DNA of 61,674 nucleotides, the filler included, from Rhabdomonas costata (taxonomy: Eukaryota), in the NCBI GenBank assembly GCA_019059605.1. It is 22 parts of 22 records of this genome, joined end to end, with 100 filler letters (N's around TTAATTAATTAA, not from the genome) between each part and the next. Parts side by side here need not be neighbours in the genome. Positions count along the whole stretch, not along the records: positions 25,285 to 27,993 come from JAHMHO010002288.1; positions 28,094 to 30,802 come from JAHMHO010002289.1; positions 30,903 to 33,610 come from JAHMHO010002290.1; positions 33,711 to 36,418 come from JAHMHO010002291.1; positions 36,519 to 39,226 come from JAHMHO010002292.1; 17 more parts are not named here. The stretch is one strand, 5' to 3'. Shown here piece by piece: positions 25,536-36,599 of this stretch. A model generated the notes under the pieces. The model worked only from the letters and a program-made list of their open reading frames with translations. It was not told the origin of the DNA and searched no databases. Both the position numbers and the translations under genes were made by a program. How positions within the stretch are numbered: the first letter of the stretch is position 1; each line of letters opens with the position of its first letter.

Positions 25536-27201
25536 ACGACATCCCCAACCGGTGCTTCACGAAATGGCTTGTGCTGGATACCACCGCCCAAGGGCAGTTG
25601 GTTTCCCAACCCAGCGAGGAAGTGATGGCGGCGGAGATCGCGAACTCCTTGGGCCGCCTGATGGACGCTGCCGAGGTGCTGGTGGCAAAGGACAAGGTAA
25701 CTCTCATTTTTGTCCTTTGCAGAGGCAGTGTGGCCTGTTTTTCATCCCTCAGCCAAGCAAAAGAAACCGTCGGTCAAAACCATTTTTTGTGAAGAGAATA
25801 GTGGCCTGTTTTGTCGACGGTGGGAATCCATTAAGTTCGGTGTTTTGTAAAATACGTTGTGGGTGCTGTCGTGAGCCCTCCGCTGCGTGTTGCGTAGCGC
25901 GAGAAGCGGTACAAAGGGATACGCTCTCGAGATTCGACTCTCCCACAAAGCGCATCTGACATCTGACAGTCGTTTAAGGTGTGGTTCAGGGGCTGCAGTT
26001 GCAGTAAGGACATAGGGTCAGAGAAGCCTTGCCAGTCGCTTTGTAGCCTGACCATGTCAATGATGAGATATTAAGATATCAAGCCCTCACCCTCGCGAAA
26101 CCGAGAATGCCGAAAATGATTTAATGGTGAACCATCAAGAATTGGTTCATATTCACTGGCGTTGAAAACACGCATATCACCACCACCCACCGCCCCAATC
26201 CCAACGCTACGCGATTTCTTCCGCTCCTGTACCATGTCCTCCAAACCTCGGCCCCTCAACTGCAACTGTCTTTTGTGCTGCTGTTGGAAGACCCTCGACT
26301 CTGGACATTCACTTCTTACACATATTGTGTCTTTCACGATATTAAACTGGTGGCACTGAGGGCACAGGGCGCCGTGTTTCCTGCATTGGCTCTCCCTGCG
26401 CAGCTATCCTCGGAGAGCCTCAAGAGCTTGCACTCCGACTCCCTGCCCACCGTTGGCTTGATCGACAGCATTATCGACTGTGGCCACTGCCTCACCCTGG
26501 AGGAGTTTTTGGAGGTCTGCGCTGCGCGGTCTTCGGGTTTGGGAATCCTTTACCCAAACCTGGAAGGCACATCCTCTGCACTCGTGACTTCCTCTGACTC
26601 GTTCCCCTCGTTCTCCAGATACTTTGTAATGCGTGCCGTCCATTTTGTTTTGTTTGCTTTCCTGCCTTTCGATCTGCCTTTCGATGAGATTTCTGTGAAG
26701 TGACATCTGTCAAGTTTTGCTTCGATCACAAGTGACACTCAAATATTATCGAAATTACTGAGTTTCACAAAAGCTGTTCCATGCTGAGCAGAAGCAGCCT
26801 GGAATCGCTAGCTAAACTCCCAAAGATACGCATCGCCCTTGTTGAAACTGCTTGATTTTTTGTTGTCGAAACCTTAACCTTGTATAATTATCTGTGTCAC
26901 CTCAAAAAAGTCACGAAAGGCAAAACGGGTGGTGAAAACTGGGTGCTGATGAGTATCGGATATGCTTGCTGTTCGAACTCTTCTTTGACTTTTTTTACTC
27001 TTACTTTTGAGATGACGCGGGCCATGTTTTTATCAAAGCACAGGTATATTTTTAACACACCACCTTCTTTTTCCCATTGCTGTCACAAAGAAACGTATTT
27101 TCCGTCCCCGTCGACCCCGTGCCTAGGTGTTCAACTCCCCCATGGATATCAAGCTTCAGGGGGAGTTGGTGTGGCCTGTGCCACCGCCGCTGAAGTACTG
27201 A
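25536..27201 (+). CDS. TEX47-like (BLUF-like fold) protein, last three recognisable exons
   Basis: Exons 25536-25696, 26404-26514 and 27127-27201: DDIPNRCFTKW...LPTVGLID...LTLEEFLE|VFNSPMDIKLQGELVWPVPPPLKY*. This matches the D.P.R.F..W and EFL..Y..P..I...SE.VWP motifs of TEX47. Confidence 0.7.
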
Positions 27202-28093
27202 AACACTTCGGAGGGGAGCTGCCGCGGAGGTGCGGGGTTCTGGAAGGAGGTGACGTATGCATGAAAAAGCGGTTCAGGTTGGTGCGCTTGTTCGTTCCTC
27301 ATGTTCTGCGGACCTTGACTGCGCTTGTTGTGCTGTGCTGTGCTTTGCATGATGCCTTATGTAATGCTGATGTTGGATGTGCTTCTGCACTGGAATGGAT
27401 CCCGGGGTTTTGTATATACAGTCGGGCCTCCTGAAACGCTACATTGAAAACACATATACATTGAAAATGAGCTCGGCCAAATCACAAATCAGTTTACGAC
27501 CTGAGTGGTTGAGCGCAGCTGTTAGACTCACATTTGTGAGGGCTTCGAGCCTCAGCCGAGGTTCAGTATCGCTTAGGATATCTCCGCTTCTTCTCCTCTT
27601 GCAAGGCACACCCCTTGGTTCAGTCTTTATTTTGTTGCTGTGTGTCGCCCTTGCTGCTCTCGGGTGGTTTCTGGAGCGAGGCGAGGGAGTTGTGGAGGAT
27701 TCCGAAGCCCAGAAATGGAGGAAGCGGTGCAGACTGAAGAGGCTCTGTGCCCCGTGCCCGGGTCTTCCCATGGCTCCACCTCGCGGCAGCGACCCCCCAG
27801 CGTGGCCTCCAGCAGGTTGGCAGATGCTCAAGTTGCTGGAAATAATTGAACTCCAATTCTGGCGTCCTGAGCCAGGCAGGATGATTAACACGGAGTTAGT
27901 CTGATGGCATTGGACCCTCCCTGTGCTGTCCCGTTTTCCTCTTTGGCAACCACCTTTTTGTCCGGTGATTGTTCTTCGTCTTCACAAAACAACNNNNNNN
28001 NNNNNNNNNNNNNNNNNNNNNNNNNNNNNNNNNNNNNTTAATTAATTAANNNNNNNNNNNNNNNNNNNNNNNNNNNNNNNNNNNNNNNNNNNN

Positions 28094-28267
28094 TGGCTCA
28101 ATGCTGGTGGCTGGGCTCTGAACCACTTGCTCTGGGAGAATCTGAAGGAATTCCAGAGGAGATATAACCTGCGTACTGACCCTTTCTTGACATTACTGAA
28201 CCTTGTACGTGATGGACACTTCCCGTGTTGACTGTTTCCAAGGTGAGTCCAATAACGAACCTATGCC
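28094..28267 (+). mobile_element. 3' end of a Merlin/IS1595 (ISXO2-like) transposase with a possible right TIR
   Basis: 28094-28231 reads ..GGWALNHLLWENLKEFQRRYNLRTDPFLTLLNLV..*, like the HL..YL.EF.WRYN....F..LL motif. The sequence ending ..CTATGCC at 28267 could be a GG-type terminus. Confidence 0.45.
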
Positions 28268-28467
28268 AAAAACCTTACAACAATGAAAGGAATCCCTCAC
28301 AATCACCAGCTCAACTTCCAAGCAAAATGCCGAAAAACCAAAATGGCAACGCTGCTCTGCGGGAGTGGAACGGAAGATCACTTCCACCGGTAAATGCTCC
28401 GCAATTGTCCCCGGAAGGGTTTGGGAAGGTGCGGAGAGGAACTTACAGTGTGGTGAAGTCCCAGTCT

Positions 28468-30659
28468 TTATTGTTCCAGGGCGGACAACGGCACCCGCGC
28501 CGCAAAGTGGTTCAGCCAGGAGCCCAGGTACAGGTACTCTCCAATCACTCGGGCCTCTGTAAGCCAGCCCGTCCGCCCCGTCGGATCCTGGTACGACGTC
28601 ACGATATTTCCTGAGCAGAAAAGTTGATGCACTTTCCAGCGCTACGGCCTTACTGAAGGCATTTGACTGCTTGTGTTAGACGGCCCAACATCGAAGGGCA
28701 CAAAGAAACAGCTCAGCAGCGTGCAGGATGCCAACGCGAAACGGAGCTTCACCAGATTCGGAAGTTTCTGAAGCGAGTGGGCAACTGCGTGCGGACTTCA
28801 CAACGAACAAAGGCACACACACATACACACAAAGGAATACTGCGTCCCGCACGCATTAAAACGGTGTGCCGCGCACCGTTTTCGTCCACCTCCAAAACGA
28901 TCCCGTAGGACGGGGTGAGCAAAAGCAGGACAATGCTGGGGATCAGCCTCGCAAGGATCTTGCGGGCCATAGGCCGCGAGGCCAGCTCCGTGGCCAGGTC
29001 GAACGGCTGCGCACGCTTGAAGTCCAGGGTGACCAGGTAGGTCGGCCTGTGATATGAGCCCAACTTGCTCGGTCCGTGTTTATAAGAACTGCTCGCCAAA
29101 ACGCAAAACAACCTCTCGTCCCAACCTCACAGGCTCCCGCCGCTTGAGGTTGTGGCAGCCTTCTCTACCCACCGAAATCTAACGAATGAACAATCTGAAA
29201 GGAAGACCCCATAAAAAGCACAGCAGTTTACCTCTTCAGCAAAGGCACGCCGATGCTCGACTTACCCGCGAACCCCATAGCATCAAACTCATGGGCCATG
29301 GCTTAGACTAAAACTCGAATCACTACTTTCCGGTAAGGTCCAAAGGAGAAAGAATCAAGGGGTTAAATGAAATGCCCTCAAAGCTCGGTCCGAGTGTTTA
29401 TCACAACCGTTTGGGATTTTGTTCCATCCAGCGAGTCATCGCTTGAGGAGGCGCCAAAGGAAACGTGGAGGAGTGGTGGTGAAGAGACAAAGATGGGTAG
29501 GAGATGGTGCAAAAGCGAAATGTTGAGAAAACATATGCAAACACAAAAAGAACCCTTTTTTGCATTAATGTGTTTCACGTCATGGAATGGGGTGGGTGAT
29601 GTGTCAGCCTCACGCCAACGTATCGGAAGGTAAGCGTTGAGAAAAAAGAACAACAACGGGTACCGGTGGGGATGCTTCAGGACGTTGTCCGGAACCCCAG
29701 GCAGGTTGCGCACCAGGGTGGAGGTCTTCCCGGTGGCCAGGTCGTAGCGCATCACCGCGCAGGTCAGGGACAGGGAGATCACCAGAGAGCGCCCGTCGTG
29801 GCTCAGGGTCAGCCCATTGGCATACGGCAGGTCCTTCAGCAGAACCTTTGAGAGCAAATGAGCAAAAGAAAAATTAACACAACTCAATTTAAAAAGGATC
29901 CTCTCCACAGTCGAATTCCCTGAAATTCGTTCTTGCACAATGACCTTCCCTTGCTCGCTTGTGAAGTCCCCCGAACCCCCAAAAAGCATCGAATAATTAT
30001 GTGCCTTTTTAGGATCCTTTTCATTTTGAGCTTTGCCAGATAGAGATGACGCGTGATATAGAAGTGTTCAACCTTGGCTGAAAGCCAATAAATAAGGCAG
30101 CGACAAAACCATACACAAACCAAATAAATCATGTGTTTTTGGTGCTAAGTGATAGCTACGGCCATGGAGTGATCATTGAGAGGCACCCTGCTGTCAATCT
30201 ATTGGCACTCAGCTGTCATAATTTTGGCACCGGGTTGGGCACAAGTTATCACAACATTTTGGTCCCCTTTTGTCCTTCTTTGTATAATAACCTCGAAACT
30301 AAATTCTTGCGAATGTGTGATGTCTTCCTTGTGTATTCCATGCTTTGTTCCAACCGTTTTTCCATTGCCCATCTACCCGCCCCACCCCCAAAAGTACGAC
30401 AGACCCAGTTTTTCCATTACCGCGCATCTTTGTAAAAGAAAAGCGTTGATTCTTCCTTCTTTTTTCGAGATAAAGCGGATCCATGACCAACCATATTTGT
30501 CCCGGCACCACCACCACCACGCGCGCGAGACGCAGCCAGGGAGAGATGGAGTGGGAATGCCGGCGTGCCTTTGTCTCCCGAGTTTTGGGGTTGTACGAAA
30601 GCACCCGGCCTGAGCTGTCCCCCTCCAGCAGGCCGGTAAACTGATGCATCATGGGATAC
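28468..30659 (-). CDS. Strictosidine synthase-like / APMAP (SMP-30/gluconolactonase beta-propeller) protein, last four exons
   Basis: Exons 30659-30569, 29845-29664, 29046-28877 and 28610-28468: LLEGDSSGRVLSYNPKTRETK|VLLKDLPYANGLTLS..NLPGVPDNV..YGIVLEVDEN|GNIVTSYQDPTG..LYLGS. Confidence 0.92.
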
Positions 30660-31252
30660 CTGGCAGCAAAGGAGAGAGAGGCAAAAAAAAAAGACGGCAT
30701 AGGGTAGACAAAAACACCTCCGGCAGCTTCATAAAGACTTCATAAAGACCTGCATGTGTGAATCACACGAGGTCAGTGGAGGAGGGGGCTGCAAACCCCA
30801 ACNNNNNNNNNNNNNNNNNNNNNNNNNNNNNNNNNNNNNNNNNNNNTTAATTAATTAANNNNNNNNNNNNNNNNNNNNNNNNNNNNNNNNNNNNNNNNNN
30901 NNTTTGTTGGGGCTCATATTACTCCTGACATGAGTTGGTTGGCCGCTTCCCGACTGCATCTCTACGCCTCATTTAGGCCCTTTTAAGGGCATTTATGACT
31001 TTGAAATTTTTCAAGGGCCTCGGGTGCACTTTCGGACTGTAGGCTGGCACACCGTCCTCCCACCTGCACGCCGGTGTGCCAGTGTGCGTGTGTTCCTTTT
31101 CTCAATGTAATCATTTTTCGGTTGCGCACCTCACGAGTTTGTTTGTTCACCTGTTTTGTTATTGGAAAGACTAGAGCGGTGTGTCTGCATACCGCGCTGG
31201 TGTACTCACTGTGGCTCATACAGCTGTTTTGCAACCCCACCGAGATTCTGCG

Positions 31253-31308
31253 TTCAATTTGCGGTGCTATCCACACCGTGAGTGGCCTTCGCCACCGCCG
31301 CAATTGAA
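31253..31308. repeat. Small palindromic dispersed repeat, copy 2 (MITE-like)
   Basis: Outer arms TTCAATTTGCGGTG / CGCCGCAATTGAA flank the core shared with 19498-19529. Confidence 0.65.
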
Positions 31309-31540
31309 AACCAGAGAGGTCGAAGTGTAACTGTTTTTGCGGATATGCACCCACTTACCGTCTGCATGCTTCCATTGTACAGAGAATCCAGATTATGCAC
31401 TGTCTGTACACCGATTTTCAGGTCAAGTTCCCGAGATAGCTTCCAATTGCTGCCGAAACCAACCCTACACACTTTGCCAGTGGACAAAGCTACACAAGTT
31501 TGCGCTTTGCGCATGCCCCCACCCCCGTCATCACCCTCAG

Positions 31541-33536
31541 CGGGAGCATGAGGAGTTCCGTTCGCTGAGGCAGTTCTTGGAGGCGGAGGATTCCGCTGCC
31601 CTGCAGTGGTTCACCTTCAAGAACTACAGGTTTCGTGGGTGAGGTGGGTGAGGTGGAGGCAATCCCAGCCTTGCCAGCGAGAGGATGCCCACATCCGGGA
31701 TCCCAACGGACTCGAATACATATTTATGCGTTTTTTCGAAGCAATTTTTGGGAAAACGACGAATCTATGGGGGGTTTCTGTCCTCAAGCGGGCCTTTCCG
31801 AGTCTCTGTAGCTTTGGAAGCCCTTTATTTGCGTTGCCCTCACTGTTCTCTCCTCCTCCAACGAGCTTTCTGATTTTTATTGGAGACATCGCATTGCAAG
31901 AGGATTGATAATGAGGCATCCGAGCTGGATTTTGGCGTGAGTCCTTTGTAGCGTTTGTGTCCTTGTTTTTTTTCTGCCATTTGTTACGCCGCATGAGGGG
32001 GCAGTAGTTGAACATAAAATATGTATGCTAATGCAGCACTGAACTTCAGCGGTCGCAATTTGGAGTCTGTCTGTCTGTGTGTTTGTCTATCCTTCTCCCC
32101 GATTGGCAGGGCGAACGTAGTACCGCAGAAACAACATAGGAAGTTCTGGCGAGAGGAGAAACTTGAGCAGAAGGCGAGGGGGCGGCAGAAAACAGAGGTA
32201 GAAAGGTAGAAGGAGCTCTCGGCCAGACAGTGCGGAGTGCAGACAAAGTAACACAGAGTAAGTTTGGCGTTTCAGCTGGGAATAACTCACCAGAGGAACA
32301 CAACATCAGCAGTTTGACCTACTGCCACAGAAGTGCAAGCGTTCGGTTTAAGTGGCGCCGGTAGCCAAGATATAAAGCGAAGAAGGAAGGAGATGATGGA
32401 GGACGCAGCAAAAGCATGACCAAGGCACGGTGGGCAGAACTTGGAGCACAACACACACTTTTCTTGCGCATCGCGCGCGGAATTTCGTGCACTCAACTCA
32501 ACTCACTCAACTCAACTCAGCACAGCAAGAGTGAGGAGGATCATTCTGTTTCACAGTTTGCGTTGACTGTCACGTGTGGTGTTCCGGCTTCTTTTTTCTT
32601 TTTTCTTTTTTCTTTTTTCTTCTTTCTTTGTTCCGCTGGCTGTTGTTTCTCTGCTGAGGTGGGCAAGGGTGGTGCGAGACTCACGCACGATCTGGATCGG
32701 CGGCCGGGACCGCCACTTCGTGCCCTTGCTGGACATGGTGAACTGCCGGCACCACGACGATCCGGCCCGAATCCACTCCACACACTTTGGGAGGTGCGTG
32801 TACCATAATATGCAAGAAACCCTAAAGACCCACGAACATACGCTCGTTCGCTCGATCGACCTCGTTCCCTAAAGATGCACACACAGAAACATGCTCGCCG
32901 TTTGCTTTAATATGGGTCTGCGCACGGTCTTTTTGCTTTTTGGCGAAGATTCTGCCCTGCGCTACGTCGGAGTAATGCGTTGTGAATGCACGTTTTCAGT
33001 TGTCGGTTATCGCCTGAGGGCCGTTGAGACTTTTGGGATTGGTGTGCCTGTGCGTGTGCTGACTTTTGCTTTTGCAGAAATGGCGCTGCCGAGACTGCTG
33101 CATTGTGGTATGCGCGCTCTCTTCCTGTGGGCCTCCTTCTCCCTTCGAAGGGTTTTACTTAACTTTCGACGCAACAATGCGTGGAAATAGTTTTGGGGAA
33201 AGGAAAGGAACAGGGCAGCCTACGATCTTTCGTCCTTTGGTTTGGTTTTTCGTTTGTACTGAGTTGATTTATGCTGCAAATTCCCACCCCCATCCCATCC
33301 CATCCCATCCAATGGCCCACGACCTTGCGCTGTGGCTGCCTCAATGCCTGTCCCTTTGCCTGCCGTAATGCAATCAGGGACTTTGCTGAGGGAGTGGAAG
33401 TCTTTGAGAACTACGGCCAGCCCAACCACCTGTACTATAAGTTTCATGGCTTTCTGATTGCCCGGAACACCTATGACTGCTTCCCTGTGGAGCTGCCTCC
33501 CTCCACAGTGTCCAAAGCGAATGTGTGGGCTCAGAG
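31541..33536 (+). CDS. SET-domain methyltransferase, Rubisco-LSMT/SETD3-like, four internal exons
   Basis: Exons 31541-31629, 32659-32793, 33078-33107 and 33378-33536: FTFKNYR|WARVVRDSRTIW..HFVPLLDMVNC..|NGAAETAALW|DFAEGVEVFENYGQPN..HGF..N.YDC. Confidence 0.88.
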
Positions 33537-33914
33537 GTATGATTTTTTCCTCTGCCGACTCGGCACCTCTTTGCTTCGCCTCGATGCACCCACTCCACTT
33601 ACCGACCCACNNNNNNNNNNNNNNNNNNNNNNNNNNNNNNNNNNNNNNNNNNNNTTAATTAATTAANNNNNNNNNNNNNNNNNNNNNNNNNNNNNNNNNN
33701 NNNNNNNNNNGGTTGGTTGTATTGTGTGGTCCAGCTGGTGGGGGATTCTGCTCTGCGATCGGCTCTTGGGAGGCGATGTCTTGTAACTCACGTGCATCAT
33801 AAACTGTAACCCATCTGATCAGCACAGGAGAGTGCGGGAGCACGGAAAGGTACCCCCTCACTGCGCCAAAAACGCTTCCGTCGCACGCGAACGACACTCC
33901 TCTGCCGGATGCAG

Positions 33915-36070
33915 GCCCTTCACCAGGCTAACCCTGGGGACCCACCCCTGCTGCTGGCCGGGGTGCAAGGGAGGTTCGCCGTGCTGGACCCGTTGCAGCC
34001 GTGTGAGCCTCGCTCGGTGCACCTCCAGGGCGAGAACAGCCCTTTCATGGTCGACGTGTGCGGCAACGTGCAACGCCGTGACGACCGCGCCGACGGGTAT
34101 GCCCTTGACTCTGCGCAGCGGTGGAAACGCCATTGGCTCCTTGAGCTCATCATTTATGCCAGCGTGTCGAGAACCCCTCCCCACACATTTTCTGTCTGTC
34201 AATCACCTACTCTCTTCCCTTCTGTCTATCATTCGCCTACTGTCTCTTGTCTCAAAGGCCAGATGCAATGAATGGTCAGCAACCCCGGTTCTCTGGGGCT
34301 GTTCACACCAATGGGAGCAGTGCAAGCTCTGCTTGATTGCTGCATTCTCAATATTTTAGGGACATCTTAGGCAACCGTTCAAAAAACGCTCTCAAAATGG
34401 CAACGTCTCCGCTGCTTCACACCACTGGTCGTAACGGCTGAACCTTCTCAGGTGCTTCGCTGTGTCCACGCAGCACGGCACTCTGGTGGTTTACTCCGTG
34501 CGGTTTGACAAGCGACCTGAGTGGTTTGGCCTCCCCATCATTCCCCGTCCTTCCCTCTCGGTATAAAACGCTGGTGAGTATTGACTGTCAATAGGCAGAA
34601 TTTTCATTACGTGATTTTTGCAATGATGATGCTCCAACACACCCACCACCCACATCTCATGGATATTGTTGTTCCCGCGTTCCGTGTGGTGATGCTTCAA
34701 TTGAAATGGGATCCTTTGGCTCTGTTTGTTGTGGGTTTCACTCCCTCTCTCCTCGGACAGCCAAAGTGGGTCGCGGATGTTACGGGGCCTGGAGATCGCC
34801 GTTGTGTTCCGCCTTGCCACGGGACGGATGTTGCTAAGCGGGCTCAGCTGCCACCGCTTCATGGACAATATTCGAGTTTTCAGAGACGCTATTACTGTGT
34901 GACCTTGCTGCAACCGAGGGCTGATGGTAACAACGCAACATATAAAGGAGGGAAAGACAGAACTTTGCTTTGTACGAACGAGTTAACAGCGGGTGAACGC
35001 GTGTGATGGGCTATCGCCGTCGGAATATCACTCCGTTCCTGAACTACACGCCGCACCGCAGGTCAAGTGCAGCTCTGTGCATGCACTTGGGGAGGGGTCA
35101 CTCTGCTGATCGGGCTGCACTGCCGTGACGTCGTGGGGTTCAATGTGGCCACCCGGGTCCACACCTTCGCCGCGGGGCGATTATCCATATCAGGAAAGGA
35201 CGACTCCGTCGTGGAACATGCTTCGCCCCAGGTACGAGAATACGTGAATCCGAGAACCATCTTCTACCCTGTTTGCGAGTACTTACAGCTGACCCTTTCT
35301 CTGGACCCACAGTTCTGGTGTCACGCTCTTTGCATATGTTGACCCTAGTTTTTTTTGCGAGATTGAATGGTGGGCATGCTAAGTGTCAAGGTTTTCACAC
35401 CCGAATCTACACCGACCAACACACGTTGGGAGAGACGCAATGTTGTGTTACGCAATGTTGTGCAGTTGTCTGTCATGTGCGATAAGCGGGGTCAAAAAGG
35501 ATTCCAAATTCAGGAAGAGGTTTTTTGGTTGTGTAGGGGGGGCGAGAAAAACCTTAAGAATTGAGTCCGAGGACTTCTGTGTCTGTGTGGTTCCGTCGAC
35601 TGGAATCTTTCCCAGGATAGGATTGGTGTGCCTGTGCACCATCAGTGTGCGTTTAACACTGCAGGTTTTCCTATTCTATGTGACGTTCGAGGGCACTGTG
35701 CTGGGGTTCTACAACTTGGCCTCCCACAGGATGCCCAGAACACCTCCTATAACAGGTGGGGGCTTGTAATGTGGTGGATTCTTTCGAGTTTCCGCTGTGC
35801 GCACGTCAACAAGACAAGTTAAATTGCAAAGGGGATCATCACCTGCATAACGATGAAGGGGTTTACGCACATAATCTGTTGGCTTCCTTTATCCGACCAG
35901 CTTCCTTATCGTCTGGGACGCATTGTTGTTTCTTCCGCTGCCACACTGCCAAGGGTGTAGTTCTGCCGTGCCGTGTGGTTTTTTGGGGAGGTTTTCCTTC
36001 ACAGATCAACAGCTTCAGGGCTATCCCTTCCTTCGCCGCAGCCTCAGTGGTGGCGGCCTGAGAAACCCCG
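33915..36070 (+). CDS. ITFG2: ITFG2-like (KICSTOR subunit) beta-propeller protein, partial
   Basis: Exons give G|CFAVSTQHGTLVVY, LCACTWGGVTLLI..VVGFNV..VHTFAAG and |VFLFYVTFEGTVLGF. These are in the same order as ITFG2 motifs FALCTLDGTL, CSWDGQTYI..AFCAG and LVYVTF. One middle exon is unresolved. Confidence 0.65.
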
Positions 36071-36599
36071 GTAAGAACCCCAACCAGAGGCAAGCCAGGG
36101 ATTCTCGCTTCTTCCCGTCTTGGTTCCGTCTTGTTTCCGTCTTGGATCTCTGTTGAGGGTTTAAAATGAGTGTTTCAATACACTCGATTCCTAGTGTTCC
36201 CAGCTTCCCTATGTTTTTGCGTCGCGGAATTGTCGCGTTCCGTTTCAGTCTGGCTTAGCTCAAGGATATGGGTTGACCTGTTCCTCTGCACGTTGCCAAA
36301 CACCTTCCCTCTTGGACCACTGCCTTCCATTGTTCCTGCTCTCATGGAATCGCTCAGACTTGACCTTTACCAATGAAAGCACGCAAAATGCTCAGGTACC
36401 CCAAGCACTCCCAACACANNNNNNNNNNNNNNNNNNNNNNNNNNNNNNNNNNNNNNNNNNNNTTAATTAATTAANNNNNNNNNNNNNNNNNNNNNNNNNN
36501 NNNNNNNNNNNNNNNNNNGTTGTGTTGGCCAATGTTATTATCCAGTGCTTGGAACCTGTATTGCAGGGCTACTACTTGTGACTTCTATTATCTTCTATT

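Noticed and set aside
26946..26985. Hammerhead ribozyme core (CTGATGA followed by a short stem)
   Set aside because: No correctly placed GAAA and no closing stems.
27590..27640. RT motif-like LQGTPLGSVF
   Set aside because: Isolated; no flanking RT motifs or YxDD.
32110..32205. Extra exon inside the SET gene
   Set aside because: Homology reads continuously NYR|WA without it.
34920..35040. SPRY-like stretch in the ITFG2-like gene
   Set aside because: Weak resemblance, interrupted by a stop, and the surrounding exons are better explained by ITFG2.
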